Shown here piece after piece: positions 28,301 through 38,693 of a stretch of DNA of 64,000 nt. The position numbers and the translations under genes are program-made. The stretch is taken from IMG/VR virus record IMGVR_UViG_2548876794_000003, positions 96,001 to 160,000 of that record. One strand, given 5' to 3'. The DNA comes from a virus (Duplodnaviria > Caudoviricetes). The stretch's first letter is position 1, and each line of letters begins with the position of its first letter. A model generated the notes under the pieces. That model was not told the origin of the DNA, made no database searches, and worked only from the letters and a program-made list of their open reading frames with translations.

Positions 28301-30148
28301 GTCAACGGTTCAAAAGTAAGCAGCGCCTTATACACATTACTTAACAAAGAAGGCATTATCTGCTGGAATGATGAATCACTATATGGTAAGACAATCGACA
28401 TTCGCTACCGCTTCAAAGTCCCAATGTCGTTGCGTGTACTGAGCCTTGACTACCTGTACGAAAAAGTAGGGTACAAGGTTGACACACTTGAACACACAGG
28501 GACGTTTGTATTCGATAACGTAGGAACATACGTCGAGCTGTCAGATAGCGAGTACAGTTCAATAAGTGAAGCGGACAGCTACACAATCGAAGTGAACAAT
28601 GAGAACTATCGTGCAACAATCATCGGGAAGATGTTGATATTCCAACTAATCAATGATGACGATGCGATCCTTGTTAATAGTGGCTATTACTATCGAGGAG
28701 GAAACGAGTATTATCATTTTGCGCAACCATTCGAAGCTGACACTACTGGAGCGAACGGCATCAAAATTGAAAACGGCATGAAGTACGCAGGGCAATTAAA
28801 GCTATCACAGGAATCAGAGAATTTTATGCCAAACTCTAGCATGTTCCTAAATAAAATAGAAACGGTTTCTCATATTGATTTTGTAAATGAATACAATGTG
28901 AATGAAACAAGCGGAGCGAAGACGTACACAGCTTGCGACCACGCAGCATTTTGGAATACTTACAACATGAGCACAGGACTTGTAGATAGCTACAACGGCT
29001 ATGGCTTAAACTTTACGAGCAATGATGAAGCAGGATATGCGATGCTACAGCTGAATAAATTGTTCCTAGAAAAACGTGGTGTCGTTAGCTTGTATGCGTC
29101 ACAACAGCCTTTCATTGCAGTTGGGTACCAAAACGCAAACGGCGATAACCTAAATGACAGCTTTGCGCCAGTCAAGAAAGTTCCAATGATTGAGCATACG
29201 AAGAACTTATGGGAGCTTGATGTTACAACTTACTTAGTAAAAGGGCAAAGCATTTTCCTTTATATCAATCAAGCAATGACAGTAGACGATATTGTTACTG
29301 GCGTGAACATCACAGAGGATATGCATACAACAAATGTTGAGCGCTATGGCATAGGTTTTTCATTCCGTCGCTCAAAAGATGAAGTCATTACGATTCCATT
29401 GGCACAGGAAGATCTGTTGTACAAAGGATGCGAATTCTATAAAGGAGCTATCCGACAGGAGTCATCGCTTAATTGGGGCTATACAAACATTAAGAAGTTT
29501 GCAGAGAACTGGAACGATGTGAGCTATACAGGAATGGAGTTATACAAACAAAATGCCATTGTTAATAGAACAAACAGCGGTACGTTTGAAACGAAAGCTG
29601 CAACCATCCCTCGATTAAAATACGTCAGCGAGTTGTTGATCTACGTCGAAGAGTTGAAAAATAATCCAGACATTGAGATCAGCGTACTTACTTCGAAAAC
29701 ATCGAATGGCACTTACCGCACAGTGAATGTTTCAAAAATCGGCAACGGTGTCATCGTGCTAGAAGCTGGCGCACTAGATGCCTATGTGAAAATTGCAGCC
29801 ACTATTGTAGGCGAAGCACACATTAAAGCAATCGACATTTACGTGGCTTACAATTCATACGATGGCAATATGAGTTTGACGTATAACACAAATAGTAACT
29901 TCACGACGAAGATATATGACTTAGGAAGCGTTGTAGACTTCAAGGTGAAGAATGAATTAACAGCGGAAGATGCTCGTCTATACGTTCGTGGTATTCGGAT
30001 GGACGGTCGAAATTTCGTTCCGACAAAATGGTATGACATCGCAGAAGAACATGAATTTGTGCAATATAAATTCTTGCAATTTAAACTAATGCTCGAAACA
30101 GAAGATGCCTACGCAAAAATTAATAACTTTACAGTGGAGGTGCAGTGA
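25307..30148 (+). CDS. Large baseplate wedge-associated virion protein
   Basis: AGGAG RBS favours ATG 25307. N-terminal IIDEFAM..RFDNESNEELLNRV..GLKNAI wedge-like motif (shared with the previous gene), followed by a long beta-rich region. Confidence 0.55.
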   Translation: MLDKKQLYENAIMHFPRRSDIRKRKTSNGAKLLRSILEEADDFNQAIEELRASFFAINYKGKADELLLNLSMFPVGSVADDIQMDGFTQALDENHFMNDAQTFIVEDGFCYLHRQNTLFVSYRANGDTYTAQLKDMTYWNIIDEFAMISSIDRFDNESNEELLNRVFLSYRNVTNSSAIGLKNAIINAVSNHVEIIPDDIVIEPMNEQNLHTYFDEIELIENLSFINKDVLRQKVWGRSKWEHPFAGIENVPSEWDVVMPAVQDGVGDIRATYAKDISDSLFKRAVVNTYNKSEAMISNYMLSNNIDVDINLGLTKLSNRLNSKKVSYKVSAEKVTDVSNDVIRLNNEYSGRSVGHLQDIVANLTDYRANITSNNLLEAGHDYRVTVEAEGDYDALKVEQLELLNSDGSKRSYLQPNAGFKKDSDGNYIPDNILKRINSTEDMYNVQNFVTTLDGIELEDTANKGHAEISIEGASNKYLIIKESCQMVSFTGNNALLKAEGFTLTNGMLTSRNESDRITIEMTCRNMQFAVSSGRINYDLYVNGENVASESNITTDDVKYSFDKPTKIKMVIRPVGTQSTILSNFMYNNYELSMSVDGASLYHNNTFGHIIYEADPGAKLILDMSCKTGFSPVIEYIHIGGIVKGKKYVVSNIIPKEDSLLLLKADGAITVEDLTDGRVIGHESDMVLALRNNGATPMNVKLNIANYTDFSIENYTINRIFTAGVENYYLSLQPGASISSFITNGTYKKSVYEKTIKDVLNTQNVYVSSYQNGFFDGISGHEVKLVRDMFSDAPTFNSCEIISKSNVRYNFMATANSSISVETTYFKQDFVQIGCVAIAGEQHICYNTQRVLSSITENIQVARLFYPELEASQLYCFYIETSTSGAKVTFMDTNIGTSYIGEYVKIELDNFASDESNYIKESVVVRRNAVLSNVMYLDRTFVKEGKEIDLAEYMISPPQGLEVVYANGTEQASESFYAEQDGFNKLKKSNIESIDYIMVNGSKVSSALYTLLNKEGIICWNDESLYGKTIDIRYRFKVPMSLRVLSLDYLYEKVGYKVDTLEHTGTFVFDNVGTYVELSDSEYSSISEADSYTIEVNNENYRATIIGKMLIFQLINDDDAILVNSGYYYRGGNEYYHFAQPFEADTTGANGIKIENGMKYAGQLKLSQESENFMPNSSMFLNKIETVSHIDFVNEYNVNETSGAKTYTACDHAAFWNTYNMSTGLVDSYNGYGLNFTSNDEAGYAMLQLNKLFLEKRGVVSLYASQQPFIAVGYQNANGDNLNDSFAPVKKVPMIEHTKNLWELDVTTYLVKGQSIFLYINQAMTVDDIVTGVNITEDMHTTNVERYGIGFSFRRSKDEVITIPLAQEDLLYKGCEFYKGAIRQESSLNWGYTNIKKFAENWNDVSYTGMELYKQNAIVNRTNSGTFETKAATIPRLKYVSELLIYVEELKNNPDIEISVLTSKTSNGTYRTVNVSKIGNGVIVLEAGALDAYVKIAATIVGEAHIKAIDIYVAYNSYDGNMSLTYNTNSNFTTKIYDLGSVVDFKVKNELTAEDARLYVRGIRMDGRNFVPTKWYDIAEEHEFVQYKFLQFKLMLETEDAYAKINNFTVEVQ

Positions 30149-30149
30149 G

Positions 30150-31943
30150 ATGCTAATGGATTATAACCGAACAATCAATGACAACGGCGCATATTTTTAT
30201 GAGCCAGATTTCCTCGTGAACAATGCAGTATTTTACAATGCTACGAAGGTGACGATTAAATTAGATTATTTAAATCAAGGATTTGGAGTATTGGTTTCAA
30301 AAGGTGGATTCCAACATGCGTCGCTTATGGAGGACAGTTATGGCATATTCCTTGTAGAAGATGCTATCGAATTGGTTCGTTACATTGAAGGCACCCGTAC
30401 AGTTATCAACAAATATGCGTACCGCTTAACAATGCCTGTTAAAGCGATGACATTAGAAGTCTACAAGAATGGCGATTATCTGTACGTGATGAATAGCGGG
30501 AAAACGATTCTCTATACGAAGCTCGATGAATCTTATACAGCATATGGATTCGGTTTCTACTCTAATAGATGGAATACAATTCATTCTATTAACTATCAAT
30601 CAAATACGCCGCAAGAGTGGGATTTGAATGTACTTAGCTCAAAAGGTGGCAAGATTCAATTCTATCAAGATGGCTTCTCTATTGTAGACGCACGAAGCGA
30701 CGTACAAGTAGAACAAAGCCGCATTCATCTGCCAGCAGGGAAGTATTACTTAACGTATTCAGAGGTGCCGGTAGAAGGGCAATTTGACATCAAATGTTAC
30801 GCATATTATAGCGATGATGAAAAGATAAATGCCATAGATAAAAACATACTAAAGGGGAACCGATTAGAGCTCTCAGAGGATGCTTATATCAACGTTCATT
30901 TTTGTGGCCAATATGGAGCAATTGAACAAATTGCTATCAAAAAATTCCTTGCGTTACCGTACGTTGGAACGACTGGAACAAATGAAGCTAAAAGTGGAAG
31001 CCTTCTTCAAATCGACTTAGATCAAATCGTTGAATTTGAATTAGAGGGGCGCATTGTTTCTACGCCAATCACTGATTCAACTGCCGATGATAAATCGTAT
31101 TACTACGTTAAATACGAAGGCGTTGAATATCGTGAAGCGGAAACACGACTAGGGGAAGACTGTCTATTCTCAATGCTACTTAAGCAGGACGAGTTACTAT
31201 CGAAGAACTTAACAACTGGTAAGCAAGCAACATTGGCCATTGACTACTCTGAACCGCTTCTGTACTTACTGCATAATCTAGATGCAATCATTAGTCGGTT
31301 TGTCGTTCGTTACAAAGATGGAAGAGAGATTGACTACTTGAATGAGGTGACTGACAAGTACTATGTACCAAACACCATAACATCTCCTGTGCTTGCAGTG
31401 GATGAATACTACGAGCCATTAGACTTATCTAGCTCATATCGAATCATTGAGCATGAAAATGGCGCTGAGTATGCGTATACGAATCGAGAGCGTGAATGGT
31501 TCACAAATGAAAAAGCCGCGCTTTCGCTTGAAAAATCATTGCGCACTAATAATCCAGATGTCGTTGTATACGGAATCCCTAATGGAATCAACGTCCATAA
31601 AGAAAATATTTATCGAATCAGTGAAGGGGTAGATACGATTGAAAATTTCGCCGCGGAATATGACATGATTTCACCGTCTGATTACCAAGTCGACACGAAT
31701 GGTAGCTTCGTCATCTTAAAAAACGCTGTATCTAAAGCCTATGCTTACTTCGTAGTTGACTATTTAAAAGAGCGTTCATACGCAATCAATTACAACAAAG
31801 AGCTGCAGTCTTATGAGGTTGATATTTCAAGCTCCACATCGACAAAAATTTTATACGATTTTGGTGACGACGGTTCAGTGCGCCAGTATATTTCAACTGG
31901 TTTTAAGCCGGACGACAATAAATACATCGTGCTATCAATTTAA
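30150..31943 (+). CDS. Putative virion structural protein (beta-rich)
   Basis: GGAGG RBS favours ATG 30150; long ORF within the baseplate operon. Confidence 0.5.
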   Translation: MLMDYNRTINDNGAYFYEPDFLVNNAVFYNATKVTIKLDYLNQGFGVLVSKGGFQHASLMEDSYGIFLVEDAIELVRYIEGTRTVINKYAYRLTMPVKAMTLEVYKNGDYLYVMNSGKTILYTKLDESYTAYGFGFYSNRWNTIHSINYQSNTPQEWDLNVLSSKGGKIQFYQDGFSIVDARSDVQVEQSRIHLPAGKYYLTYSEVPVEGQFDIKCYAYYSDDEKINAIDKNILKGNRLELSEDAYINVHFCGQYGAIEQIAIKKFLALPYVGTTGTNEAKSGSLLQIDLDQIVEFELEGRIVSTPITDSTADDKSYYYVKYEGVEYREAETRLGEDCLFSMLLKQDELLSKNLTTGKQATLAIDYSEPLLYLLHNLDAIISRFVVRYKDGREIDYLNEVTDKYYVPNTITSPVLAVDEYYEPLDLSSSYRIIEHENGAEYAYTNREREWFTNEKAALSLEKSLRTNNPDVVVYGIPNGINVHKENIYRISEGVDTIENFAAEYDMISPSDYQVDTNGSFVILKNAVSKAYAYFVVDYLKERSYAINYNKELQSYEVDISSSTSTKILYDFGDDGSVRQYISTGFKPDDNKYIVLSI

Positions 31944-31955
31944 GGAGAGGACACA

Positions 31956-33746
31956 ATGAAGATCTATCCATCATTTAGCAAAATAGAAGAACGCCAATCC
32001 CTTGTGGATGGCGACATCCCAATCGCCTATGTGTCTGTAGAGAATCGTGAAATCAATATGAACGTTGAGAAAATCACGCAAATCACTGACCAAGGTGACA
32101 TTACAGAGCCGGTATATCCATATACACCTGTACAAGATACAAACGAATACTTGTTTGATGAAGCGGGAACGGTTGCTGACAACACGACATTCATTGAAAA
32201 AGTGAATGGTGTCAACGTAATAAAAGCAGGTATCGTAAAAGAATTTACACCAGAGCGTTTTAAAGCTTCTGTCACTGTAAAGAAAAACATGGACTTTGAT
32301 ATTACAAAAGCCGTCAATCTTCGGATTGGCGTAATTGAATCTAGCATGAGTAGCATCGCCAAAAACCTTGTATCAATAACAGGCGATGGCGGTCGTAGAG
32401 GAATGATTCCTGCGAATATGCGAATCAACAACGAAGATACGTCGATTGATTCGTTTTATGATTTCAACGAATCCGAACTAGACCTTCTAATTATCGAATC
32501 CCACGATGGGGTCCATTATGCAGAAACGAACGAAGTGATCGATTTTGAGCACTTCCTTCACCAGCATATTAACGTACTGATTGCTACGAATGAGATGCAG
32601 GATATTTTTGAAAAAGTAAGCGCTCAAGAAATATTTGACGACGAAGGGTTTGCACTAGATATGCAAGAGCCATTCAATTACGTGATACAGGAACCATTCT
32701 GTTATAAAGAAGAATTCATTACGCTAGATAAAATAACAGGCTATTGGTATATGAATGAATTGCTGGCAAAGCTACGCGGCACAAGTAACGACATCTACCA
32801 ACCACGTTATTTATTCGTAGATAATCAGCCAGTGGGCGCCATTGAAAACGTTGGAAATGCCTTCCTATTATTCTCTGAAAAAGGCATCTTTGAAGCTGCG
32901 CTTGCGAATCGCCAATTCATATCTGAAATGCTTCTATATATTTATTATCGAGGATATAAAAACATCCAGACAGAAACCAATTGGATTGCAGACGAAACGA
33001 TTTCGATGCTGTATTCTCCGAAAAATTATTATATGGATAACCAAAGCGTTATCAACATCGTGAAGCTATTGACGAAAGTGGACCCGTATATTACTGCCTT
33101 CACGATCCATGGTGTCGAAACAGATAATAGCAACGTGAAATATCTATCAAGAACGCTTGAAGGAAACTTGCGTTTTGCTAAGTTATCTCCGACTGATCCA
33201 ACTAGACAAAAAGGAACCACATCCATTTATACACGCAATGGTAGCATCGTTCACTATAAAGAAAAGTTGTACCGTCGTGAAACGAGCTACAACTATCGCG
33301 TACAAGAAATGGCGTCAACTTATGAAGTAACAGTAGATGCGATTAAATCGAGCAAATACTCATTAGATACGATGGCACAAGTAGCAAACGTACCTAAGCA
33401 AAACGGAACATACCTCATTTGTGCGAAACCAATGATAAAAGAGTTATTTATTTTAAGACAGGCAGATTTTTCTGATGACTATATTCCATTGCTGCGATTG
33501 GACGTCGTGGAAAAGAACACAAGAAAACTGTTCGATGCTTTTGTTCCCGGCGGTGGTTTACCTGTGCAATATGATGATGATTACAACTATCTTGATATTG
33601 CGAGTATCGAAGGACGACCGTATCGCATTAGCTCAGGCGTTGTGATAAAATTGCCCCGTCAATTGGAAGAGTACGACAAAGAGATTCGTTCGGAGATTGA
33701 AAAGCATCAATCATCGGGCGAAATCATCAAAATAAAATACGAGTAG
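31956..33746 (+). CDS. Putative virion structural protein
   Basis: AAGGAGAGG RBS, 596 aa, within the structural operon. Confidence 0.5.
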   Translation: MKIYPSFSKIEERQSLVDGDIPIAYVSVENREINMNVEKITQITDQGDITEPVYPYTPVQDTNEYLFDEAGTVADNTTFIEKVNGVNVIKAGIVKEFTPERFKASVTVKKNMDFDITKAVNLRIGVIESSMSSIAKNLVSITGDGGRRGMIPANMRINNEDTSIDSFYDFNESELDLLIIESHDGVHYAETNEVIDFEHFLHQHINVLIATNEMQDIFEKVSAQEIFDDEGFALDMQEPFNYVIQEPFCYKEEFITLDKITGYWYMNELLAKLRGTSNDIYQPRYLFVDNQPVGAIENVGNAFLLFSEKGIFEAALANRQFISEMLLYIYYRGYKNIQTETNWIADETISMLYSPKNYYMDNQSVINIVKLLTKVDPYITAFTIHGVETDNSNVKYLSRTLEGNLRFAKLSPTDPTRQKGTTSIYTRNGSIVHYKEKLYRRETSYNYRVQEMASTYEVTVDAIKSSKYSLDTMAQVANVPKQNGTYLICAKPMIKELFILRQADFSDDYIPLLRLDVVEKNTRKLFDAFVPGGGLPVQYDDDYNYLDIASIEGRPYRISSGVVIKLPRQLEEYDKEIRSEIEKHQSSGEIIKIKYE

Positions 33747-33756
33747 GTGAAGAAAG

Positions 33757-35733
33757 ATGACAAAAATGACTCTTGTTGATTTTGCGAAAAGTATTCGCTC
33801 AAACGACATTATGTCCAACTTCTATGAATTAGAAGGGCAACTACAACAAGAACGTGTTCGCGTTGGCGGATTCGGCATCATTGACGGTTTTAAGGTAACT
33901 GTTAATGACTATACACTACATATTCCAGCAGGGAAAATTGTCACACGAGAAGGTGACGTACAGGAAGTCAAAGGCACGACATTACAAATACCTTTCATTC
34001 TTCCAAAGGAAATTACATATAAAGACTCCATTGACAGTGACACATATATTGTAGGTGAAGATGGTACCATCACACTTGCTTACGCACCGTATTCATTAAA
34101 GAATCGTGGTTACTTAACAGGCAGCTATTATAGCAGTGCCTATCCTAATTCTGAGGAAGAACTTCTAATCACGATTAGTGATACAAGAAATACACGAATC
34201 CAAGCAACAAATATTGATAAGAACATCTTAACGTTGGACAAACGATATGCTGGCAAAAAGGTAAATGTACAATACTTAAGAGCGAACAATCGTACTGACA
34301 TTGTGACCGTTACAAAAGATGGCCAGTTTAAAATTGTTGAATCTGTTAACTCAACGTCAAGCTCTATCGCTGCGCGTGATGACTACGCTGACCAGTTTGT
34401 CGTGTGCTATGTGAAAACAATCGTTGATGATCCAGACCGGTTGGAGGTTTATGCGACGCCGCCTTATCAAGAGGTTCGTCCCGTATACGTTGATGAAAAC
34501 AACAAGCTGTATCTAAACGGAATTCCATACGAAGGTACTTTCATTTATTTTGAAGAGCCAGCTGTACCGCAGCTTCGCACGTTTTGGTACGACGTAGAAA
34601 ATAATAAACTATATGTATGGTTAAGTATCGAAGGCGTTGAGCAATGGGTGCTGGTAAACGCTCGTAATGAATCGTTGATTGCTCGCCTTGCTTTTTATAA
34701 ACCCGAGGACAACCCAGAAGATTTACAAACATTCAATTTTGAGCATCGTGAAGATATGCGCTTCTTACCAGGCAATTATGAAGTACAAGTGAATGTTAAC
34801 AATAATGTTCTTATGCAAGATGAATTCACAGAGATTGTTGAGGGTGATGAAACTAACGGTACAGGTATTGGAATTAAATTGAACTACGCTTTGGACGAAC
34901 CTTCTTTCGTTGAAATTATCGTAACGCATACCGTACAAACAAACCCAATTAACACTGTATTTGAACGTGTTGGCTCATATGTAGAAGATAACAGTATTAC
35001 CTATTCCGAAGCCGCACCAGATCTTGATGGAATGAACTTCACGACACGTAAAGAATATCGAATGGGAGAGAACCAATTGGAAGTATACTTAGACGGTCGT
35101 CGCTTAGTACGCAATATTGATTGGTACGAATGCAGAGAAGTAGGCATCGCTGCAGGTACTTCTGATAAGACCCAACTTAGTACATATTTTAAGCTGCGCA
35201 ACAAAGCCGAAGATGGCCAGACGATTAGTTACCGCGTACAGCAGAATGTATTTAGCTACTCTCACTTAGATAAACTGTTAATAGAAATGAAGGAGACAGT
35301 CAACGAAGCGTTAGTGAGCGCTAATGCTGCAGTGGAGAAAGCGAATACGATTGCAAAAAATGCGAACAACAAAATGTCTGAAATGAATGACAAGATGGAA
35401 ACGCTCGAAGCAGCGGTTAAACGATTCGATAGTTTCCTTACGGCTGATTCGATTTTAAGCATCCGTAATTTAGAAGCGGCTGCTCGCAAAGGATTGAAGA
35501 GCAATACATATTTAACATTGGTTGATGTGAAGCCATTGATTAGCATTAAAGACTTGGTGGCTGGAGATTTCTACATTCTTTCACAAGAAATGAACGGTCA
35601 ATCGAAAGTGTTAAAACGAGGTGTCGATTATGAAGCTGAGGAAACGAAGGACAGCATCCAATTTGCACTATCACAAGAATCAATTCTAATGGGCGGCGTT
35701 GTACAAATTACAGGCGTCCACTTTGGATTATAG
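33757..35733 (+). CDS. Putative tail fibre or baseplate-peripheral protein
   Basis: N-terminal GIIDGFKVT..LHIPAG..G fibre-attachment-like motif, WYDxxxxKLYVW knob, YxxGxNxLxVYxxG beta-modules, coiled coil near the C-terminus. Confidence 0.5.
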   Translation: MTKMTLVDFAKSIRSNDIMSNFYELEGQLQQERVRVGGFGIIDGFKVTVNDYTLHIPAGKIVTREGDVQEVKGTTLQIPFILPKEITYKDSIDSDTYIVGEDGTITLAYAPYSLKNRGYLTGSYYSSAYPNSEEELLITISDTRNTRIQATNIDKNILTLDKRYAGKKVNVQYLRANNRTDIVTVTKDGQFKIVESVNSTSSSIAARDDYADQFVVCYVKTIVDDPDRLEVYATPPYQEVRPVYVDENNKLYLNGIPYEGTFIYFEEPAVPQLRTFWYDVENNKLYVWLSIEGVEQWVLVNARNESLIARLAFYKPEDNPEDLQTFNFEHREDMRFLPGNYEVQVNVNNNVLMQDEFTEIVEGDETNGTGIGIKLNYALDEPSFVEIIVTHTVQTNPINTVFERVGSYVEDNSITYSEAAPDLDGMNFTTRKEYRMGENQLEVYLDGRRLVRNIDWYECREVGIAAGTSDKTQLSTYFKLRNKAEDGQTISYRVQQNVFSYSHLDKLLIEMKETVNEALVSANAAVEKANTIAKNANNKMSEMNDKMETLEAAVKRFDSFLTADSILSIRNLEAAARKGLKSNTYLTLVDVKPLISIKDLVAGDFYILSQEMNGQSKVLKRGVDYEAEETKDSIQFALSQESILMGGVVQITGVHFGL

Positions 35734-35742
35734 GAGGTACAT

Positions 35743-36162
35743 ATGTCTAAATTAAAATTCTTCGTATTAGAAGATGATACATACAAAGCAAAATATGAAC
35801 ATAACATGGGGAACTATAGTGGTGATGAACAGCTTGTTACAAAGTTACAACTGTGGAACAACCGATATGGCACAGAAGATACGGACATGGTTACTAAGCC
35901 GACCATGTACTTCTATTACAAAAATGTAGAAGATAACAACCTGCTTAATTACTACACGTTAAAGGTAGATGGCCGCGTAGTAGATTTCGTTATTCAGAAT
36001 AACAAAGCGATCGTCGTCCTCCCACGATTAATCGTAGGCGATGCAAACAACGGCACTGAAGAAAATACAGGCAATTACGTTTCAATCGAGCTAGTATTCG
36101 ACGCAGCAAATGAAACATTAAAAAATAACGACTTGAAAGAATTGTATGTTGAAATCCGTTAA
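35743..36162 (+). CDS. Hypothetical virion protein
   Basis: AGGAGG RBS, 139 aa. Confidence 0.5.
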   Translation: MSKLKFFVLEDDTYKAKYEHNMGNYSGDEQLVTKLQLWNNRYGTEDTDMVTKPTMYFYYKNVEDNNLLNYYTLKVDGRVVDFVIQNNKAIVVLPRLIVGDANNGTEENTGNYVSIELVFDAANETLKNNDLKELYVEIR

Positions 36163-36227
36163 ATGAGCCGTCTGTAGCGGTACTGATACTATGTATCACA
36201 ATACAGACGAAAAGGAGTTGATTATCC

Positions 36228-36527
36228 ATGGTTGTTGTGAAATTCGATGACAATAAAAAGGATGATAACAAAGGGCTTCCAGCAGTGAACGGTTCTGGAG
36301 AAGGTAGTACACCTATCCCACCAGAGCCAACGGAATCGCAAAATACATTGAATGGCTTATTACTTCGAGTAAACGGTGAAAACGTTGTAACCACTAAGAA
36401 AAAAGAAGTCAACTTCCAAAGTGGCAGCTTAAAACTTGCACAAGATGGAGAAGGCAATATCAGCATTGAAGCGGATGTTAATGCATCAGATTTATCATTC
36501 GATGTAATTGACGGCGGTACTTGGTAG
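36228..36527 (+). CDS. Hypothetical protein
   Basis: AAAGGAG RBS, 99 aa, ends IDGGTW. Confidence 0.5.
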   Translation: MVVVKFDDNKKDDNKGLPAVNGSGEGSTPIPPEPTESQNTLNGLLLRVNGENVVTTKKKEVNFQSGSLKLAQDGEGNISIEADVNASDLSFDVIDGGTW

Positions 36528-36537
36528 AACTTCTAAA

Positions 36538-36570
36538 GCACACTGGCCTAAGAAACCAGTGTGTCTTTGT
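36538..36570 (+). terminator. Probable intrinsic terminator
   Basis: GCACACTGG-loop-CCAGTGTGT followed by a T-rich tail. Confidence 0.5.
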
Positions 36571-36626
36571 TCTTGGGTAGAATGCTAAAAATGTTCTACA
36601 AAAAAACAAAACGGTAGGTGATTAAC

Positions 36627-37076
36627 GTGAGTAACACTGAGAAAACTGGCGCACATTATCACTGCGAGATTATGCTGAAAGATCACGAAGGTCGTCTACG
36701 AACATTAGAGGAAGACGGTCGTGTAATGAAGCAAGAAATCGAGGACACGAATGTTCGCGTCGACAAAACAAATGAACGTTTCGACGAAATGAGCCAACGA
36801 TTCATGCGCTTAGAAAACACAATTATGTCAGAAAATCGCGATACCCGTACGACGATTAATAACGTCCTTGATAAACAATGGGAAATTATCAATCAACGTG
36901 AAGTCGAGAAAACAAAACAGCGTGAACGAGAAAATACAGCTCGTGACGAAACACGACACTATTGGTTCGAAACGCTAACACAAGTGTTTTCAAAAGGCGG
37001 TATCGTATTCATTGTTATTATTGTGCTATTAAAAGTGCTGTTTAACGTTGACCTAACAAGTCTGCTCGGAATGTAA
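36627..37076 (+). CDS. XhlA-like lysis-associated membrane protein (coiled coil + C-terminal TM)
   Basis: AGGTG RBS favours GTG 36627. LKDHEGRLRTLE coiled coil, C-terminal GGIVFIVIIVLLKVLF helix, adjacent to a holin-like gene. Confidence 0.5.
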   Translation: MSNTEKTGAHYHCEIMLKDHEGRLRTLEEDGRVMKQEIEDTNVRVDKTNERFDEMSQRFMRLENTIMSENRDTRTTINNVLDKQWEIINQREVEKTKQRERENTARDETRHYWFETLTQVFSKGGIVFIVIIVLLKVLFNVDLTSLLGM

Positions 37077-37091
37077 GGAGGCATACATAAT

Positions 37092-37364
37092 ATGAACACT
37101 GCAAAAATTCTCTCAACCATCTTAAAACTAGAAGCATATAAGTATGCAGGTCGATTAAAAAATATTGGCAAAACGAAAGCTATTGCACTGATTGCTTCTA
37201 TCGTATTGTTAGTAGAAGGCCTAGCTTATGAAAATGGCTTTGATGGACAAATGGTGGGTGAGCAAGTAAGACATGTACTTGAATTGCTACTAGGTCTGCT
37301 TATTGTATTCGGTATTCTAAAGGATGACGATAACGACCATCACACAGGCGCACACGAAGCATAA
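37092..37364 (+). CDS. Putative holin
   Basis: 90 aa, two hydrophobic helices (AIALIASIVLLV; LELLLGLLIVFGIL) and a charged C-terminal tail. Confidence 0.6.
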   Translation: MNTAKILSTILKLEAYKYAGRLKNIGKTKAIALIASIVLLVEGLAYENGFDGQMVGEQVRHVLELLLGLLIVFGILKDDDNDHHTGAHEA

Positions 37365-37367
37365 CTT

Positions 37368-37393
37368 AAAGCACCCGTTTTTGGGTGCTTTTT
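37368..37393 (+). terminator. Intrinsic terminator
   Basis: AAAGCACCC-loop-GGGTGCTTTTT. Confidence 0.8.
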
Positions 37394-37458
37394 GTGTATA
37401 GGTTTACAAATTGAAGGTACTAATCTATTGAAAGTCAAATTACAAGGAGGAATCATAT

Positions 37459-38682
37459 ATGAATATTCGTGGTGTAAAAAAAGTGAACGAAACAATTATT
37501 GAAAATGGACGCTCACTTGTTATCAATGAGGATGAACGCTCATTGGATATGAAACGAATTCCCGACGGTTCGCTACGTTCTGATCCGCAAACTGGCCAAC
37601 TTTACTCAAAGCTTGGTGGAAATGATTTCTTCACACCATTAGCATTGCGCATGGACGGCTCTGTTATGCCGCCAGCAGAAATCACACGCTATGAAGAAAC
37701 ATACACAATCAAACAAAATGATGTAACGACACGCCGCTTCTGGTACGAATTTGAAGGCGATACATACGAGGGTGAAATTACAAATCAAGGTTATGAATTC
37801 CACTTAAAAAAAGGTTTCTATCGTCGTGGTCGCGGCTATATCCACGCCATCATTAATGGTGTAAAATACGTGGATGCAGAAGCTAGTGGCGGTTTAATCG
37901 AAGCGGATGCAGACTATTTTATTATCAAAAGTGACTTGATGTTAGGTCAATTCCTTGAGGTAGGTACAACAATCTCCGTTAAGTATTTCCATGCGATTGC
38001 TCGTGGCCGTCAGAAATATGGACCAGCACAATTATGGCTAGACCTGTCTGGCGACAAAGATAGCGATGAAAATTACTTCAATCTACAAGAAATGTTAGAA
38101 GTAGAGAACCATCCAACATTCTTTGTTGATCCAGGTACGAAAGGTGAAGAGATTGCATTAAATACTGCGCATAGCTTAGGTCATCGTTTAGTCATCGTTG
38201 GCGACGAAGGTGAATCATCATCTACAGAGACAATGACATCTCGCTTCAAAGTGACAGAGGATGAAACACCTGTATTCGAAGATAATTGTAAAATTGCCAT
38301 TGTATTAGATGAAGGTCAATTGACACTTCTTGGCGAGGACTATGATGATGAAGTTTCATATCCAGCGATTACAGTCGATTACAACGTCACTGTTGTACAT
38401 GACAATATGCATGTCAACAATGATTACGGCTACATCTATCGCTTACAATCACTTGTTGGTTACAACGGCAGCGTTAAAATCGACATCTGGGATGTATTCC
38501 GTTACGGCAAAGATGCGATGAATTTAAGCGTCGAGGTACGTGTGAAAGATACTGCAGCTGGTATTACGAAAGGCCGCTTCATTGATGGCGACGCTGTATC
38601 TGTTATCGCGCGTGACAGCCGCTTCATTGAAATCTTCAACACATTCGATGTTGATTTAGAATTCGATATTTTAATTCGATAG
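37459..38682 (+). CDS. Putative virion or fibre-associated protein
   Basis: AAGGAGG RBS, 407 aa, beta-rich with a YxxGxxxIxAxxNG module like its neighbours. Confidence 0.45.
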   Translation: MNIRGVKKVNETIIENGRSLVINEDERSLDMKRIPDGSLRSDPQTGQLYSKLGGNDFFTPLALRMDGSVMPPAEITRYEETYTIKQNDVTTRRFWYEFEGDTYEGEITNQGYEFHLKKGFYRRGRGYIHAIINGVKYVDAEASGGLIEADADYFIIKSDLMLGQFLEVGTTISVKYFHAIARGRQKYGPAQLWLDLSGDKDSDENYFNLQEMLEVENHPTFFVDPGTKGEEIALNTAHSLGHRLVIVGDEGESSSTETMTSRFKVTEDETPVFEDNCKIAIVLDEGQLTLLGEDYDDEVSYPAITVDYNVTVVHDNMHVNNDYGYIYRLQSLVGYNGSVKIDIWDVFRYGKDAMNLSVEVRVKDTAAGITKGRFIDGDAVSVIARDSRFIEIFNTFDVDLEFDILIR

Positions 38683-38693
38683 GAGGGAATTCC

